Shown here in pieces: positions 36,191 to 50,630 of a stretch of 64,000 nucleotides of DNA (the first letter of the stretch is position 1; each line of letters opens with the position of its first letter). The notes under the pieces were generated by a model, which saw only the letters and a list, made by a program, of their open reading frames with translations, was not told where the DNA came from and ran no database searches. The stretch comes from Octopus sinensis (taxonomy: Eukaryota): assembly GCF_006345805.1 (NCBI RefSeq), contig NC_043014.1, positions 31,000,001-31,064,000 on the forward strand. The letters are read 5' to 3'. The translations under genes were made by a program, and so were the position numbers.

Positions 36191-37697
36191 CTGTAAACAT
36201 TATTATTAAAATAAAAAATTACCCTAAAAAAAGACATCTCTACTCATTTTCTCATATATATATATAAATATATATTAAGGGAGGGCACATTATTGTTTGT
36301 GCTTTCCTTTTTAAAACAGGATATGGTGTGAGGGTGATTTGTGATTTAGCTAATAGGTCAAACTGTTACAGAGGTTTATCTGGTTCATTAAGAATATGGT
36401 AGACTTGTAAGGAGTGAGTGCAGGCTATAGCACTGATGAAGAAACTTTCCAGCTAACCAGATCTGTAGCATATGATAGGCACCCGGGTCATTGCTCTTTC
36501 TTCTCATACTTACAGTATCCACTTTTAGGTACCACCTTTGAAGGGGATGCATTCCACTTACTCTTGGCACACCAAAACTACATTCAAATGAAAATCCTTG
36601 TTGAAAACTCAGTGGATCACAGTTTTTCATGATTGTGCATTTGCTGTATTGGTCATCTTGTGACTTTTCCATCTCAGTGTCATTGGCTTGTTTATATCTC
36701 TTTAGCTCAAAACAGCCTAAGATGTCTCATTTGTTTTAACTCTGACTGTATCAACTCTCTCTGACACAAAACACCAATAAGTCTACATGAATTGATATGA
36801 ATATATTTGATTATACCATTTTCATTAATTGCTTCCCATCTTTGCTTCCTTTATTCCTAGTCTTAAAGTTTGGTGTACAATTAACTTAATGTATTGACTA
36901 TTTTTATGGTATTCTTTTCTTGCATCTGTCTTGGCAAGGGATTCAGTCAGAGATTGATTTCTATCTTAAGTACAAAACCACAAATTTTTGAGGGGTGGGG
37001 AAAAGGGATAGTTGATTTTATTAACCACAGTTGTTGATTGATGTTTTTATTGAACTTTGTTAGGTCAACTTCAGCGATATATATCATTGCATCTTAATAG
37101 GTCACAACTGGCCATTAGTAAACCTGCATATTAACTGAATTCCTTCCTTTACCATTATTCTTGTTATATGAATTCTTTTATCATATGTCTATATCCAGGC
37201 AGCACATTTTCTCTAGAGTGACATTGCAGAATAGAGAGCATCAATGTTTTAGTTGTAGTGGTATAAAATAGATTTTGATGTAATTTATTGCAGAATGATT
37301 CAACATGCAAATAGCTAACATCTTTCGCAGCATACAAACAACAACATTCTATGGTGTTGTTCAATACTGGATCACAATTTAGTCTGACAAATTTTAACAC
37401 TTTAACATTCAGATTACTCTATGAAATGTAATACTTATTTGTTCACATTGTTTTGAATTAATCATGTATTAACTTGTAGCTTTGAGATTTCAGTGATGTG
37501 ATTGTTTAATTTTAGAATGATATTGTAAGGTTGGTGCGCTGGATCTGGCTGACTTGAACATAAAACAGGCAGATATGACTGGTTTAAATGTTATAAGGTT
37601 AAATATATTTATCTTTCAGCATCTACTCAAAAAGAAATGCTTTTTTCTTATAATCATCATGCTTTCCATCAATAATTTCCTGAAATCATAGTTGTAA

Positions 37698-38040
37698 CTG
37701 GTGCCTGTGCTGGTGGCCCGTAAAAAGTATCCATCGAACTTTGGACCTCAAGGAGGCAGTGACAAGCGACTAACCCCTTTGGCAATATACTATGCTTGAG
37801 AAGACCTGTCAAGCCAAGTGAGAGTGCAGTTGAGGCTAATGCCAATGTTTCATAACTGGCACCTGTGCTGGTGGCATGTAAAAAGCACCCACTACACTCT
37901 TGGAGTGGTTGGCATTAGGAAGGCTATCCAACTGTAGAAACCATGCTAAATCAGATTGGAATGTGGTGCAGCTTACCAGTTTTCAGTTAAACTGTCCAAC
38001 CTATGCTAGCATGGAAAATGAATGTTTGATAATGATGATA
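37698..38040 (+). mobile_element. RTE-tail element with rearranged order (unit, ORF end, unit, tail)
   Basis: Repeat unit at ~37706, then decayed (R)TLDL.EAVTS....LWQY..LEKTCQAK* ORF-end DNA, a second unit at ~37864, and the shared tail. Confidence 0.72.
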
Positions 38041-39525
38041 GTTTCTGCTGTACGGGTGCACTTTCATCTTCCTGAGGTTTGTGCAGTCTTTTGAGAGTGT
38101 AACGTTGTGTAGATGTTTTGCTTTTGTTACGTCTGGTGTTACTTTAGCGTTTAATCTGTTTGTTGAGGAATATGTTCAATGTGAGTTGTCATTTCATTGG
38201 GTGATGATGATTGTGTCTTGTATGTGCTGTGTGAAATGTGTTGCCAGGGAATTGATTGGTTATATAGGATCTGAGTTGTCAATGCTTTAATATCAGAAGT
38301 TGGTTTTGTTGTATCATTTTATTAGGAGGTGATAGTATATTAGGTTACATTGTTTTGTGTGAGTTGTGTTCTTTTATTAGGTGGTGATTATCTAAGGTGT
38401 GTGGTATGCACAGAAAACACTATTTAAATTGATATTTTTAAACTGAATGTAAAATTATGATCCCTTTGTTTTCATTAAAGTTCTTTTCATCATTCCTAGT
38501 GCTCCAAATGCTACTTATTTCAATTTTAAGATCTTTGTACCTTGGCAGTTTCTCAACTTCCTTCCAGACTATGTTTTAGTCAGAAGGCATTGGGATGCCT
38601 GTCAGAGTACAGAAACGTTCATCCCTGTCTTCATTAATTATATCTGGACAAGTAAAAAATATTTTGTACTACTTTAATTATTTATTTATTTTTTATCTAA
38701 ATATTCTTAAATATACTAATAGGTGAATTTTGTCTTTTTTTTTATCCTTTTGTGATCAATAAGCAAAGTATTAGTCAGAGCAATAGACTGGTGGAATTGT
38801 TAGGATACTGGACAAGCTGTTTTGCAGTGTCTGCTACAACTATGAACAATTCCTTTATGAGTCCAATAATGGAGCCTCTAGGTAACTACTACATATCTTA
38901 GTAACAGTAGTCAAATTTCCCTCATAACTTAAAAGGTTAAGACATTGGATATTGTAGTCAGTCCTAGATATGCTGTGTCTCAATAAAAAGCTAGATTGTC
39001 ACAGAACAGTTTTGGTCACAGAGCTCTACTGGATCAGGATAACAGCAATCAACAACTTTGCCAGTAGAGGAAATCATCACCACCACCATCACTGCATGTA
39101 TTAGTATCATCAGCACCACTACTTCAATAAAAAAAAATCACAAAAATAAACAATCATCATTACTCTCATAACTGCTAATGTCACCATCGCTACCATCATC
39201 AGCACCATCACACCACCACACCTGCTTGGCAACATTGACATCAGTTAACACTTATGCTTTCATTTAAAGTGATGGAGTTGGTGGTGATGAGGAGGAAGAG
39301 GATTGTGATGATACTGATGAAGACTAATGATGATGATGACGGTTATGATTGAGTGCAGCAAAATAGTTTTATGATTGGTTATCTTCTCTAATATTTATGG
39401 TTCCGATTAATCTTTATTTTTTTGTTTCTTTTTCTTTCCCTATATGTGGCCTTGATTATTTTTATCATGGCTTCATGTTATCTAAGTGGTGTGTGCGTCT
39501 CATTTGCACACATACATTTGTACAT

Positions 39526-39558
<33 letters not shown>

Positions 39559-42500
39559 ACACACACACACACACACAACTGCACTTTAGCATATAAAGCT
39601 TTCTTTTTCTCTTACCTCTTTCTTTCACTTTCTCTTTTTCTTTGTATCATTCCTTTCGCACTTGCACACGCTTGCAGACTTCGCATTGCATGCACACGCA
39701 TGTGTCTGTGTTTGTGTAGTTAAGTGGAAGTTAAGACGATATAATGGTTTCAGATTTTGGCACAAGGTTTGGAATTTCAAGGGGAGGTGGTGGTGGTGGT
39801 GAAGTTGACTACATTGACCAGTGTTCAACTGGTACTTATTCTATCAACCTCAGCTGAATTTGAACTCAGAACATAAAGAACTGGAAGAAATGCTGCTAAC
39901 CATTTTGTTTGACCCACTAACAATTCTACAAACTCACCATTTTAAGTTAACATACTACAATGACACAACATTAAGTATGTTAATGTTATTCCACCTCCAC
40001 TCCGCTTCTATCTTTTATCTTTTAATTGTTTCATTCATTTGTCTGTGGCCGTGCTGGGGCACTGCCTTGAGGGGTTTTAGTTGAACAAATCAACCCTAAG
40101 CCTTATTTTAAAAAATCTTGTGCTTATTCTGTTGGTCTCTTTTGCTGAACTGCTAAGTCATGGGAATGTAAACACACCAACACCGGTTATCAAGCAGTGG
40201 TCAGAGAATAAAGTCAGAAACAAGATATACATATATAGATAGAAATATAACACACACACACACACACACAACACACACACACAAAGGGGTTTCTTTCTGT
40301 TTTGGTCTACCAAACCCACTCATAAAGCTCTGGTCAGCCTGAGGCTATAGTAAAAGACATTTGCCCAAGGTGTTACACAATGGGTGTGAACCTAGAACAA
40401 TGTAGTTAGGAAGCGTCTTACTACACAACCCGCAGAAAATGTCCCTCGTTAATTTCATCATCATCTGTTTTTATTTGGTGTGTGTGTTTGAGGGAGGGGA
40501 GACAAAGTGGAGGAGGTTACTCTTTTTTCTCTTTATCTTTTGTTATTTTGTCTGAAGAAGATAAGACAGGTTTTAAAGTTCTCTTAAGCAAGAAAATATT
40601 TTTTAGTTTTCTTCTAGGCCTGTGTATTTCCTGAGTGAATTGATATGAATAACCAGGCATGGTTAGTACAGTGAATATTGAACTTTGCAATAGTTGTGAG
40701 AGTGGAATATTATTTTGTTTGCTGTGTAAGGAGGCGGTTCCTTTTCTAAAACTTGAGAGAGAAACTTCTTTATAGATAGAAGTAATATTCCATATCTTTT
40801 GGAGTTTTATACATATATGAAGCATGGCATCCACAGAATATGCAGAAAAGAAAGGGGGGATCTCCAACATCATTTACCTGATGAAAATAACAACCAGATA
40901 TGCCCCAATTTGCATCACCATCTTACAATGAGACATTTCAGATAATCCTTGGTATATTATACAAGAAAATAAAGGAAGGATGCTTAAAAAACAATTAGCT
41001 ATGATCATTGGTTTGCTGGGTTACAGCTGAGTTAGGGCTAAATGACAACAAATATGATACTCAGAGCTAACTATTATAACTACAGTGAGCCAACAAATCA
41101 GTCTTTGTGTGGTTACTTAACCTGCTAGAAACTGCAGGCAATTCTTTCCCCTATTTTAACAACTTGATAAAAATAAAGTATCAGATAATGTCGATAGTAG
41201 ATGATGATGGTGGTTGGAACATCTTTGATCATAGATTGCTCTATTAGAATTCCCCTGCATCTGAATACAAACAAGATAAAGATATACATATACAGGTTTG
41301 TGCATCTTTCTATTTGATTGACATATTTTCAGTCACCAATAGTTTATTGTCATTAGTCAATTATCATGTTGTCTCCCTCATCTGTTGCTTCTACTCCTAC
41401 AACAATGACCACTGTTCTCCTGAATATGATAACTGTACTGTATACACCACCACCACTCCCTCCTTTATGGAACACTTAATTGTGCCTCATCATCCCTGAA
41501 CACCTACTGTCTCTTGTAATCATAGACACCAAGACTACACAGCCCGCAATTTATTATTCTTTGTATCTCTGTCTCTGACATTACATCTCTTTTTATTTGT
41601 AGCTCTTCTTTATCACTTCTCTCATGCTCTACATCCCCTCTATCTCTCTCTCATTCACACACACACACGTACACATAAAGAAAGCTAGAATACAGTTCTT
41701 TCAATAACTTCCACATCTTCACAATTATATATTTAACAACATAATTATAACATAATTATATAGAACATGAGAATTACATTTTCAAGAATATTTTTGAAAT
41801 ATGAAATCCCAATCATACCCATACCCCTAAATAAATAAATAAATATATATATATATATAGTTGAAATTTACAGAAAACCAAAAAATAAAGACAGGTGTAG
41901 GAAACAACAAGCAGGTATATTAGTCTAATGCTTGGGAAAATGGAAAAGTCTTTTACATTTTGAGCCTATGCTCTTCAACGAAAAGGATTAAGATTAAAAA
42001 AATGGAGGGAGAATGAAAAAAAATAACGGTGAGAGAAAGAATGTGATACACACCCACATGCACGCGCACACATTTACATTATAAGAATTTAGAAACTTTC
42101 AGAGATAGGAAGTAACTTCTTTTTTTTTTTTATAGGTGAGCTGAAAGTAAATAAAGCTATCAGTTACAGCATATAGAATATTGGTTAAAATATCGTATAT
42201 GTTATTATTTCTAGTTTTATCCGCTTTGACTTCCACTATTGAAAATTGTATGCATTTGTGCACACACACACACACACACATGCAATGTTAAAAACAATGC
42301 ACAGAGTTAGATAAATGACAAATACAGGACTGGAAAAGGATGGAAAATATAAAGTGAAAGACAAGTGAAGAGGTGTGCAAATATGCTAGTGGGAAAAACA
42401 AGAGAGAACCTAACATCTCAGTTAATATACTTTATCAAAGAGAAGCAAAGTATTTAGAGAGCAAGTGAAAACTAAAAACAATATGTGATACTGAATTTAT

Positions 42501-45500
42501 GATGTCTGTTTACAAGGCAGGTTTAGTGTAAAATGGAAGTTAGGTAGTGGGATAGGAAGACTGGGAATAGAAATTCAATCTGAATAGCAGTGGGTGTAGG
42601 TGGAGAGGGAGGAGTGAAGAGAGAGAGAAGGAGATTGGAAAAGGACAGTTACAAGGGAAGGCATGTGAGATTAGGGGTGAGATACTCATGATACTAATAT
42701 TTGTGTGTAGTGAAGTGTAGTTAATTTTTAAATGTGCAATGTTTTTATTGTGTAGAATATAAATATCATTTGCTGTGTATCAAGGAATATGAAGTACTTG
42801 TATCTAGATATGCAAGTCATTGTTTACAACACATTATGCCCAGCTAAGTATGTAAATGCACATGCACACAAGTGTCCACTAAGCAAATTTGTGCTGAGGA
42901 GTGAAAATGCATATTTTGGGCATTTACCCTTCTTCAAAGCTAAATAGAGACTACATAGAAGTGTTGTTTGCCTTGGTCACAGAAATGTGAATGAAAAATT
43001 GTGTAAGATTGTGGGAAAAGCCTGTGATAGTTGGTGTGAGTAGCATCTGAAGTAAAGAATTGGGAAGGAAGTAAAGTGTATGGAAGAGTTACTAGAGGAG
43101 GAGGCCAAAGTTTGTAAGAAACTGAAATTCAATTGAAATAGGAGATAGGTGATGAGGGCCAAGTCAGATGAGGTGAAAATTAGTATTAAGAGCATAGGGC
43201 AAAGAAAAGAGAGGGGTAAAGGTACAATCACAATAACATAGATATAGGAGAAAGGGAATGATAGAGAAAAAGGGCAGAGTATTGAGAATATAAAGAATTA
43301 AGAGGCAGTAAAGACTGATCATAACTGTAAAGAAAATATGCATGTGTGTACATGTTTTTTCAAATGTTGTAAACAAAGTTTGTAAAGGAAGTGGAAAAGA
43401 GTACTCAATACATGATGCAAATTTTAAACTGTTTAAACTGAATTCTCTTTCTCATCATCTGCATAATTTGACATCTGTATTCCATGCTGACACAGGTGGG
43501 ACAGTTTGACAGGATTTGACAAATCCAAGGACACCTTTGTGCTCCAATGTCTGCTTAGGCATAGTTTCTCTGGCTGGATGCACTTCCTAACACTTTATTG
43601 CATGTGCTGAGTGCTTTTTTCAGGGTACCAGTACTATTGAGATCACCGTGCAGCTTGCTAGACTAAAAATCTCCTTTGGCTGAGTGGGGCTACAACAAAG
43701 AGTTTGCTCTATGATAGGAAATGAGGAGTATTAAAGTATGAGAGAAGGAACTAGAATGGAACAGGTTTCTTGTTGTTGAAGAGCTATATTGTTACAAGCA
43801 TCATAGAAGATAAGATGGGAATGACCTGGGTGAAGCTGGAAAAAGATAAAAAATAGTGGTGTGGTTTCAGAGGGACCTCAATGAACAGAATAAAGAATGT
43901 GGGTGGGTAGGGGTTGCAAGGATATGGGAGAGTGATAGATGGTTAGGGATGGGAAATAGGTGCAGGGGTGAATATATAATGGAGAAAAAGTGTTGAGAGA
44001 TAATAAGGGAAGGTATAGAATAGTAGGTAACAAGTGTAGAGGCTGTTTAGAGTTGAAGAGTGGATGTAGTGAATTAATAGAGGGTATGGGTTGATAGATA
44101 TGATACAAATAAGTTAAGGGAGGGCAAGTGAGCTGGGTAGGTTGCAAGAGCATGAAGGGAGAAGCAGGCTTAGCGTATAGAAAGAGTGAGAGATGTATAG
44201 AGGAGAGATAATATACAGGGTCATCAGTACTTGAATTTTAGATTATAGAAATTGTTCTGGTGACTCACTCTGTGTTTTAAGATGGTTTTATATACATTCA
44301 AGTGAACTTATTCCCCTGTGTGTGCATTGTTTTCATTGATTATTTACTATGTATTATCATATTTGAGTGTTATCTTCTAGATTATCATCATTTTGTCACT
44401 TTTCATTAGTCAGTTCATCAATTGGTTGATTCTGTTATTATATTTGGTTTCTCTCATTCACTTTTGTGGGTTAATTTGTTGGTCATTTTGATGGGGTCTA
44501 CATGGACTCTAACTGTTTATATGATGCTGTTAAATGTTATTCTTTGATATGCTGTTTTATTTAGTCCTCTAAATTGTCATTTGTCTTCATCGGTTAATTT
44601 GTTGCTCACCAAGTAGTTTATTTGGTTGATTCACTTTATTGTACCCTGTTACTCTAATTTATTATTCTGCTGGGGTTTTGCATTATCACTGCAAGTGTCC
44701 CATCTGATGTTACTCAATTTTATTCTGCTATGCTGGTTTTCATTCCATTTGTTTCCTTTAAGTTGTTCTGATTTATACTGTTGATGCTGAGAGTGTAATT
44801 AAATGATAGTTTGTGGTATATTGTTATTTTCTTCTTACAGTCCATTGGGTATTGAGTTTTGGGGTATGTGCAATATTCTGTTTTTCATTCTGTTGATTAT
44901 CATTGTGTCTCTTCTGCTAGGGAACCTTCAGATGTTGAGTCTCTTTTAAATGTATTCCACTTCTTAAAAATGAATTTATTTTGGTGTCTGCAATGTGATT
45001 TTACTGCATTTCTTTTGTTAAACAAACATATCTGTGGTGTAATTATATTTTAGCCTACAGGGGGAAAATATTGAAGCTATTCACATAAGGGGAGGTTCTA
45101 TTATTGTCTTTCATTTCTTCCCTTTATGTACCAAGTTTGCTTCAATAAAGATTTTGCTTTCCTTCTGTTTTTATTGCAAGGGAAAGGCATGCATGGTGTG
45201 TGTATCCAACCTTGAACGTTCTGCTTATGCTCTAATAATAATTTCTTTTATCAGTTTTTCTCCAATATCCACTCAACTGTCACATACACATATACACATG
45301 ATGGACTTTAGTTTCTACTTACCAATTGCAATCAGAAGGCTTTAGTTAGCACAAGGCTATAGTACAAGACACTTGCCCAAGATACTGTGCAGTGGGGAAT
45401 CCAAAATTGTGGTTAGGATGCAAACTCCCTAAACACAGTCATGGCTGCACCTCAAATAACTTCCATTTGACCCATGCTTATTATTATTATTATTATTAAG

Positions 45501-46698
45501 GCTGCAAGCTGGCAGAATCTTTAACATGCTGGGCAAAATGCTTAGTGGCATTTCATCTTTTTGGGGTTGATAAATTAAGTACCTGTGAAATACTGGGGAT
45601 TGATGTAATCAACTAGTGCCCTCCCCAAAATTCCAGGCATTGTGCCTTTAGTTGAAAAGATTATTATTTTTATTATTATTATTGTTATTATTATTATGGT
45701 GGTGAACTGGCAGGATCATTAGCATGCTGGGCAAATTAATTAGTGGCATTTCGTCTGTCTTTATGTTCTGAATCCAAATTCTGCTGAGGTCAACTTTGCC
45801 TTTCATCCTTCCAAGGTCGATAGAATAAGTACCAGTGAAACACTGGGGCCAATGTAATTGACTTATCTCCTCCCACATAATTTCAGGCTTTGTGCCTATA
45901 GCAGTGAGGATTATTATTATTATTATTTCCACTTTGCTGAACCTTTGTATTGAAAAGCCTACACAGAGACTATTGCAAAGATTTGAAAAGGTGTTGTTTC
46001 TGTTGTTATTTAATGTCAGGTGAAGTCTGAAAAGAGCTTTGAGCAATGATTTTCTAGCAATGACCATTGCATCTTTCTGTTCAGATATAATGTTTGTAAA
46101 ACTGTGTTATTCAATGTGTTCATCCATTTTTTTTTTTAAGATTGCAGTATTCAAGTGGGCAACATGGCTGCTATTTCTAGCAAGTTGAATGGCCTCACGA
46201 AGTCTCAATCATTAGACTGTTATGGTTGTTATAATGATTGTGATTTTTTTTCTTCTTTTTTCTTAATGGGATTTTTGATACAATCTGTCAAAAATGTTTA
46301 AGTGATTCTAAAATAATCTTTTTCATAATTGTGTTTAGTTTTATAATAAGTTTTCTAAAAGGGTGAAGAAAGGTCATTGTGGTGGGGGATTCACTAAAAT
46401 TTAAACAGTACTCTACCAGGTCTTTCTTAGATTTTATTTTATTTTGGTGTCTCTAATGTTAATTATAACAGCTAGTGTGTGCATGTGTTAAAATAGTCTG
46501 TTCTGCTAAATCTGATTTGCTGAATGAAAGTGGTGTTTTACCTGGTGTATTTATTTATAGAATGTACATTTTAAAGAACAGTTTGTATTCTTTTAAAATG
46601 TTATTGATTATACACAAAAATAATTTGTTCCAGAAGGGAGAGGAAACAAGCAGTCACACCATAGATATAATTGAAACAGAGAAGATGATACTCAGAAA

Positions 46699-46749
<51 letters not shown>

Positions 46750-48557
46750 TTTGGTGCAGCATGGAAAGACAAAGCATGTGCTATATAACTTGTACAATGT
46801 AACAGAAATTCAATTTTAAAAGATTTGCCTCACTGCACGTGTCAAGGTACCATCTCCACCAACCTTGGACATGAGAAATACTCCTGTATGATAGATCAAT
46901 ATGTAGCCAAATCTCCCCATTTTCACTCATTTCACTGTTTTAACTCTTTAGCATTGACATTGCTTTGTTACATGTAATATTTATGTATCATTCACATTGT
47001 TTTGAATTAGTTATGCATTGTCTTGTATCGAGATTTCAATGATGTGATTGTTTATGTTTCCTAAGACATTGGAAGATAGGTGTGAAAGGCCAAATCTGGT
47101 CAGTTAGAACATAAAACAGGTAGAATATTTGAGCCAGTTGTGGCCAGTTTAAATGCTAAGGAAGGAGTATATTGGATAATGTTGTCCAAGAATTACTCCT
47201 GAAAAGGTAGGGTGGTCACAGCTGGAATTACTTTGTTCATGAGTTTGTTTCATAAAAGTTGAGAGCTAAGGCCTAAACAACAACATATTTCCTTGAAATC
47301 CTCCATATTTTTATTTTTACACAAAGTCTTCTTCCAGGTGAAGAAATCAAATTATCAGTCCTAAGTAACCTTGAATCTGTTCTTTGGACAGAATTTTGAT
47401 CAGAAGTAGTCTAGTGATGGCCATAACATTTTTTCAAAGTATACCTAGGACAATGTTATCGAATATGTCCTTTCCTTTCTCAAGACAGTAACTTGTCATT
47501 TGAGGGGAGATTTGACTGTAAATTCTAGCATGTTGAATGGTTTTTTCTTCTTCTTCTTCTTCTTCTTCTTCTTCTTCTTCTCATATTATGCTTCTCCTCT
47601 TCCTCACACCATACTAATTTATTCCACCTAGTAAGCTTTTTGTTCTTACTATTCATTGACACAAACCACACCAATAGTTTCTTCATATTATACTGTTTCC
47701 CTGTGATCTAATGTGTGTTTTGGATTCTTCACTGTGTTGGTTTGTTTGTTATTGATAAGAAAGCTATAATCGATGTTTGTTATTTGTCATTGCTGGGGTT
47801 CCAAATTTTGCCTGAATCTAAAGTTTCTCTTGATATTTCTTTTTCTTAACATTAATACTTACAAGCATTGGCTGGAAATTGGTAGCCTCTTCTAATTAAT
47901 TAGTTCATCCCAAGTAGTGATCAGTTTGCTTGCTACAAATAGCATTCGGAGAAAGTTTCCATTATCATCATTACCATCACTATGATAATTACCAAAATAC
48001 AAATGACCATCTATTTGTTCTCCCCTTATGAAACTTCCATCCCATTAATCCACTGTTTGTACCCTCTCTTATGTCCACCGTGTACATTTAGATGTTCGGG
48101 CATCCCATCATTACCATCTGTATCTTTTTTCCAGCTATTCCTGCCCACCCTTGTATAATGTGAGTAAGCCTTGTATCTCTACCATAGCAAGACACCTGGA
48201 CTTGTCCCTCTAGCACACTTGAGCCTCTGATTGCCCCCCCCCCTGCTCAAGTACTTCCCCTCCATTTAGTTGGAGGGGAGTCTTCCTCTTTCCTTCTTTG
48301 TGTTCCAGTATTATTTTTTTTGTTATGCATGTTGTGGTAACCTCACTAGAGTCAGTTGCATGAGAAAAAACAAACAAAACAAAACCTCCAATACACTCTG
48401 CAAATGGGTTAATGTTAGAAAGGGCTTCCGGATGTGAAAAAACCCATGTCAAAGCTAACATTGGAATTTGTTGCAGCCCTGCCTCCACCAGATCCTACCA
48501 ATCTATTCAGCCTATACCAGTATGGAAAACGGATGTTAAACGGTGATGATGATGATG

Positions 48558-50630
48558 ACTCATGTATAAGTCACATTCCATATTTTGCGCAGAAAAGTTT
48601 GTAAACCTTTTTGTAATAGATATTCACATGATAAATGAGTCAACAAGACTAAGAGTTTTGCTAGTTATGATACATGTCTACTGTTATTAGTAGAGTTAGA
48701 CAAATAAAGTTCACAAAATGTGGCCGTGTGGTTAAGAGTCTTGCTTATCAACCATGTCTTGGTTTTAGTCCCAATGTGTTGCACTGTGGGCAAGTGACTT
48801 CCACTTTAGCCATGGGCTGACCAAAGCCTTGTGAGTGGATTTGGCAAATAGAAACTGGGAGAAGTTCATTGTGTGTGTATGTCTGTGGGTGTGTGTGTGT
48901 TTCTTTGCTACCACTGTTTGATGTTGGTTTGTTTATACCCCCATAACTAAGCAGGCTAGTAATACATAATACATGACCCAAAAGGATATTATGATATCAA
49001 AGAAGTCAGGAAATCATTTTTAAGGTTGAAGAAAATTGTGAAATTATGAATTATCTTCTTTCACTTGTTTCAGTCTTTGGACTGTAGCCATACTGGGGCA
49101 TCATCTTGAAGGGGTAAGTCAGCTAAATTACCCTCAGTCCTCTTTTTATTTTAAGGTCTGGTACTTATTCTATCAATCTCTTTTTACCGAATAGCTAAAT
49201 TAGTGGGATGTAAACAAGTCAACACCTACTGTCAAGCAGTGGTGGGGACGAATGCAAACATAAAAACACACACCTTCATAAGTTCTGACCGAGTTCTCTT
49301 CTGACTTACAGGTCATAAGCCGATCTGGTTGTATGTTGGATTTATATTTTTCAATGCTATTTTCATTCAAATGCAACTGATGCTTGAAAGCGACTGAGAG
49401 ACAGTGGCAGGCAGTGGATGTCTGGGTCTGAGGAAGGCCTGCGTTGCCAGATGCTGCTATAGTTATTATATGTGCAAGCTGCCCAACATCCGAAAATCGA
49501 TTTTTTAAATTTATTTTTTATTTACTTATTTTTTAGTGGTCATAAGTCACATAGGTTGTAAGTTGAGAATGTTTGTGTGTGTGTGTGTGTGTATCACCAT
49601 CATCATTTAATATCTGTTTTCCAAGCTGGCATGTATTGGACGGTTTGACTGAAAACTGGTAAGCTGGGGAGCTGCACCAGGTTCCAATCTGATTTGACAC
49701 AGTTTCTACAGCTGGATGCCCTTCCTGACACCAACCAGCCCAAGAGTGTAGTGGGTGCTTTTTACATGCTAGTTATGTATACCAGTATTAGCCATGACTG
49801 TGATCTCACTTAGATAGATATATGAATGGACGGATAGATGGATAGACGGACACAAAATGGGGTTCTTTTGGTTTCTGTCTACCAAATCCACTCAAGACTT
49901 TGAGCAGCCCAGAGCTATAGCAGAAGACACTTTCACATGGTGCTGTGCAGTGGGACTGAATCCAGGACCCTGTGGTTGGAAAGGAAACTTCTTACCACAC
50001 AGCCACTGTTTATAAAAAAATGATTATTATGCACATCTTAAAATCCAGTTGAAAGCCATCAAATTCAGATTTGTCATCATCACTGGTGTCATAAAGTGTT
50101 CTCTCATTTCTGTTGTTCATATTTCATCTCTATCCTATGATTCTAATATTTCCTTTGTTTCACCTCTCCCTTTGTCATCTTGGGGATATGTACCTAAATA
50201 ATCATCTTTTGTTCAATTCATGTCATTTTATATTCCTCTCTCTAGGAAATTCTTCTTCACCATCTCAGCTGGAATATAATTTCAGCTATTCTTTACAAAT
50301 GTTACAAGTGACAAGTTTAGCTTCATGGGGTTACCACTTTTGGTCAGTTCCTTATGGTTTAAAGACATCCAAATCATCCACATCAGACATGTCTTATTCT
50401 TCAATGACTTACTGGATACCTCATTCAAATTTTGTATGTAAGATGTAAGTCTGGCTGGTGGTATCAGCTTTTTCAAGAGACCAGACCATGAATATTTTTT
50501 CCTAGTTTAGTGTAGGTAAATTGTACTGTAATTTATTCAGTGTGGCTGCACCCATATGAAATATGCACTCACAGGGCTTAGTATTTATAATAATACAAAA
50601 AATGTGATTTACACATGAGTAAGTAAGGTA
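48558..50630 (-). mobile_element. pogo/Tigger-like DNA transposon remnant with nested SINE insertions
   Basis: Imperfect inverted ends: actcatgtataagtcaca (48558-48575) and tgtgatttacacatgagtaagtaaggta (50603-50630). Minus-strand 50040-50400 encodes IPAEMVKKNFLERGI*NDMN*TKDDYL and SDDDKSEFDGF, resembling the pogo-family C-terminus. Confidence 0.55.
49594..49775 (-). mobile_element. RTE-tail element (reverse orientation)
   Basis: catcatcatttaatatctgttttcca...agctggatgcccttcctgacaccaacc...gggtgctttttacatg is the reverse complement of the shared tail. Similar decayed copies lie at ~10030-10140, 10649-10815, 15060-15250, 29395-29620, 43450-43640 and 62259-62460 (-), and ~4850-4950, 48340-48557 and 63190-63300 (+). 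Confidence 0.75.

Noticed and set aside
36433-36445. CTGATGAAGAAAC hammerhead
   Set aside because: There is no stem II between the core halves and no stem I/III.
36388-36672. 94-aa and 72-aa overlapping ORFs beside the Penelope element
   Set aside because: No PLE or host-protein motif is recognisable and there is no convincing acceptor, so it is left unassigned.
40517-40947. 118-aa minus-strand ORF and a possible 70-nt minus-strand exon (40878-40947)
   Set aside because: No recognisable family, weak splice signals, and no supporting neighbouring exons.
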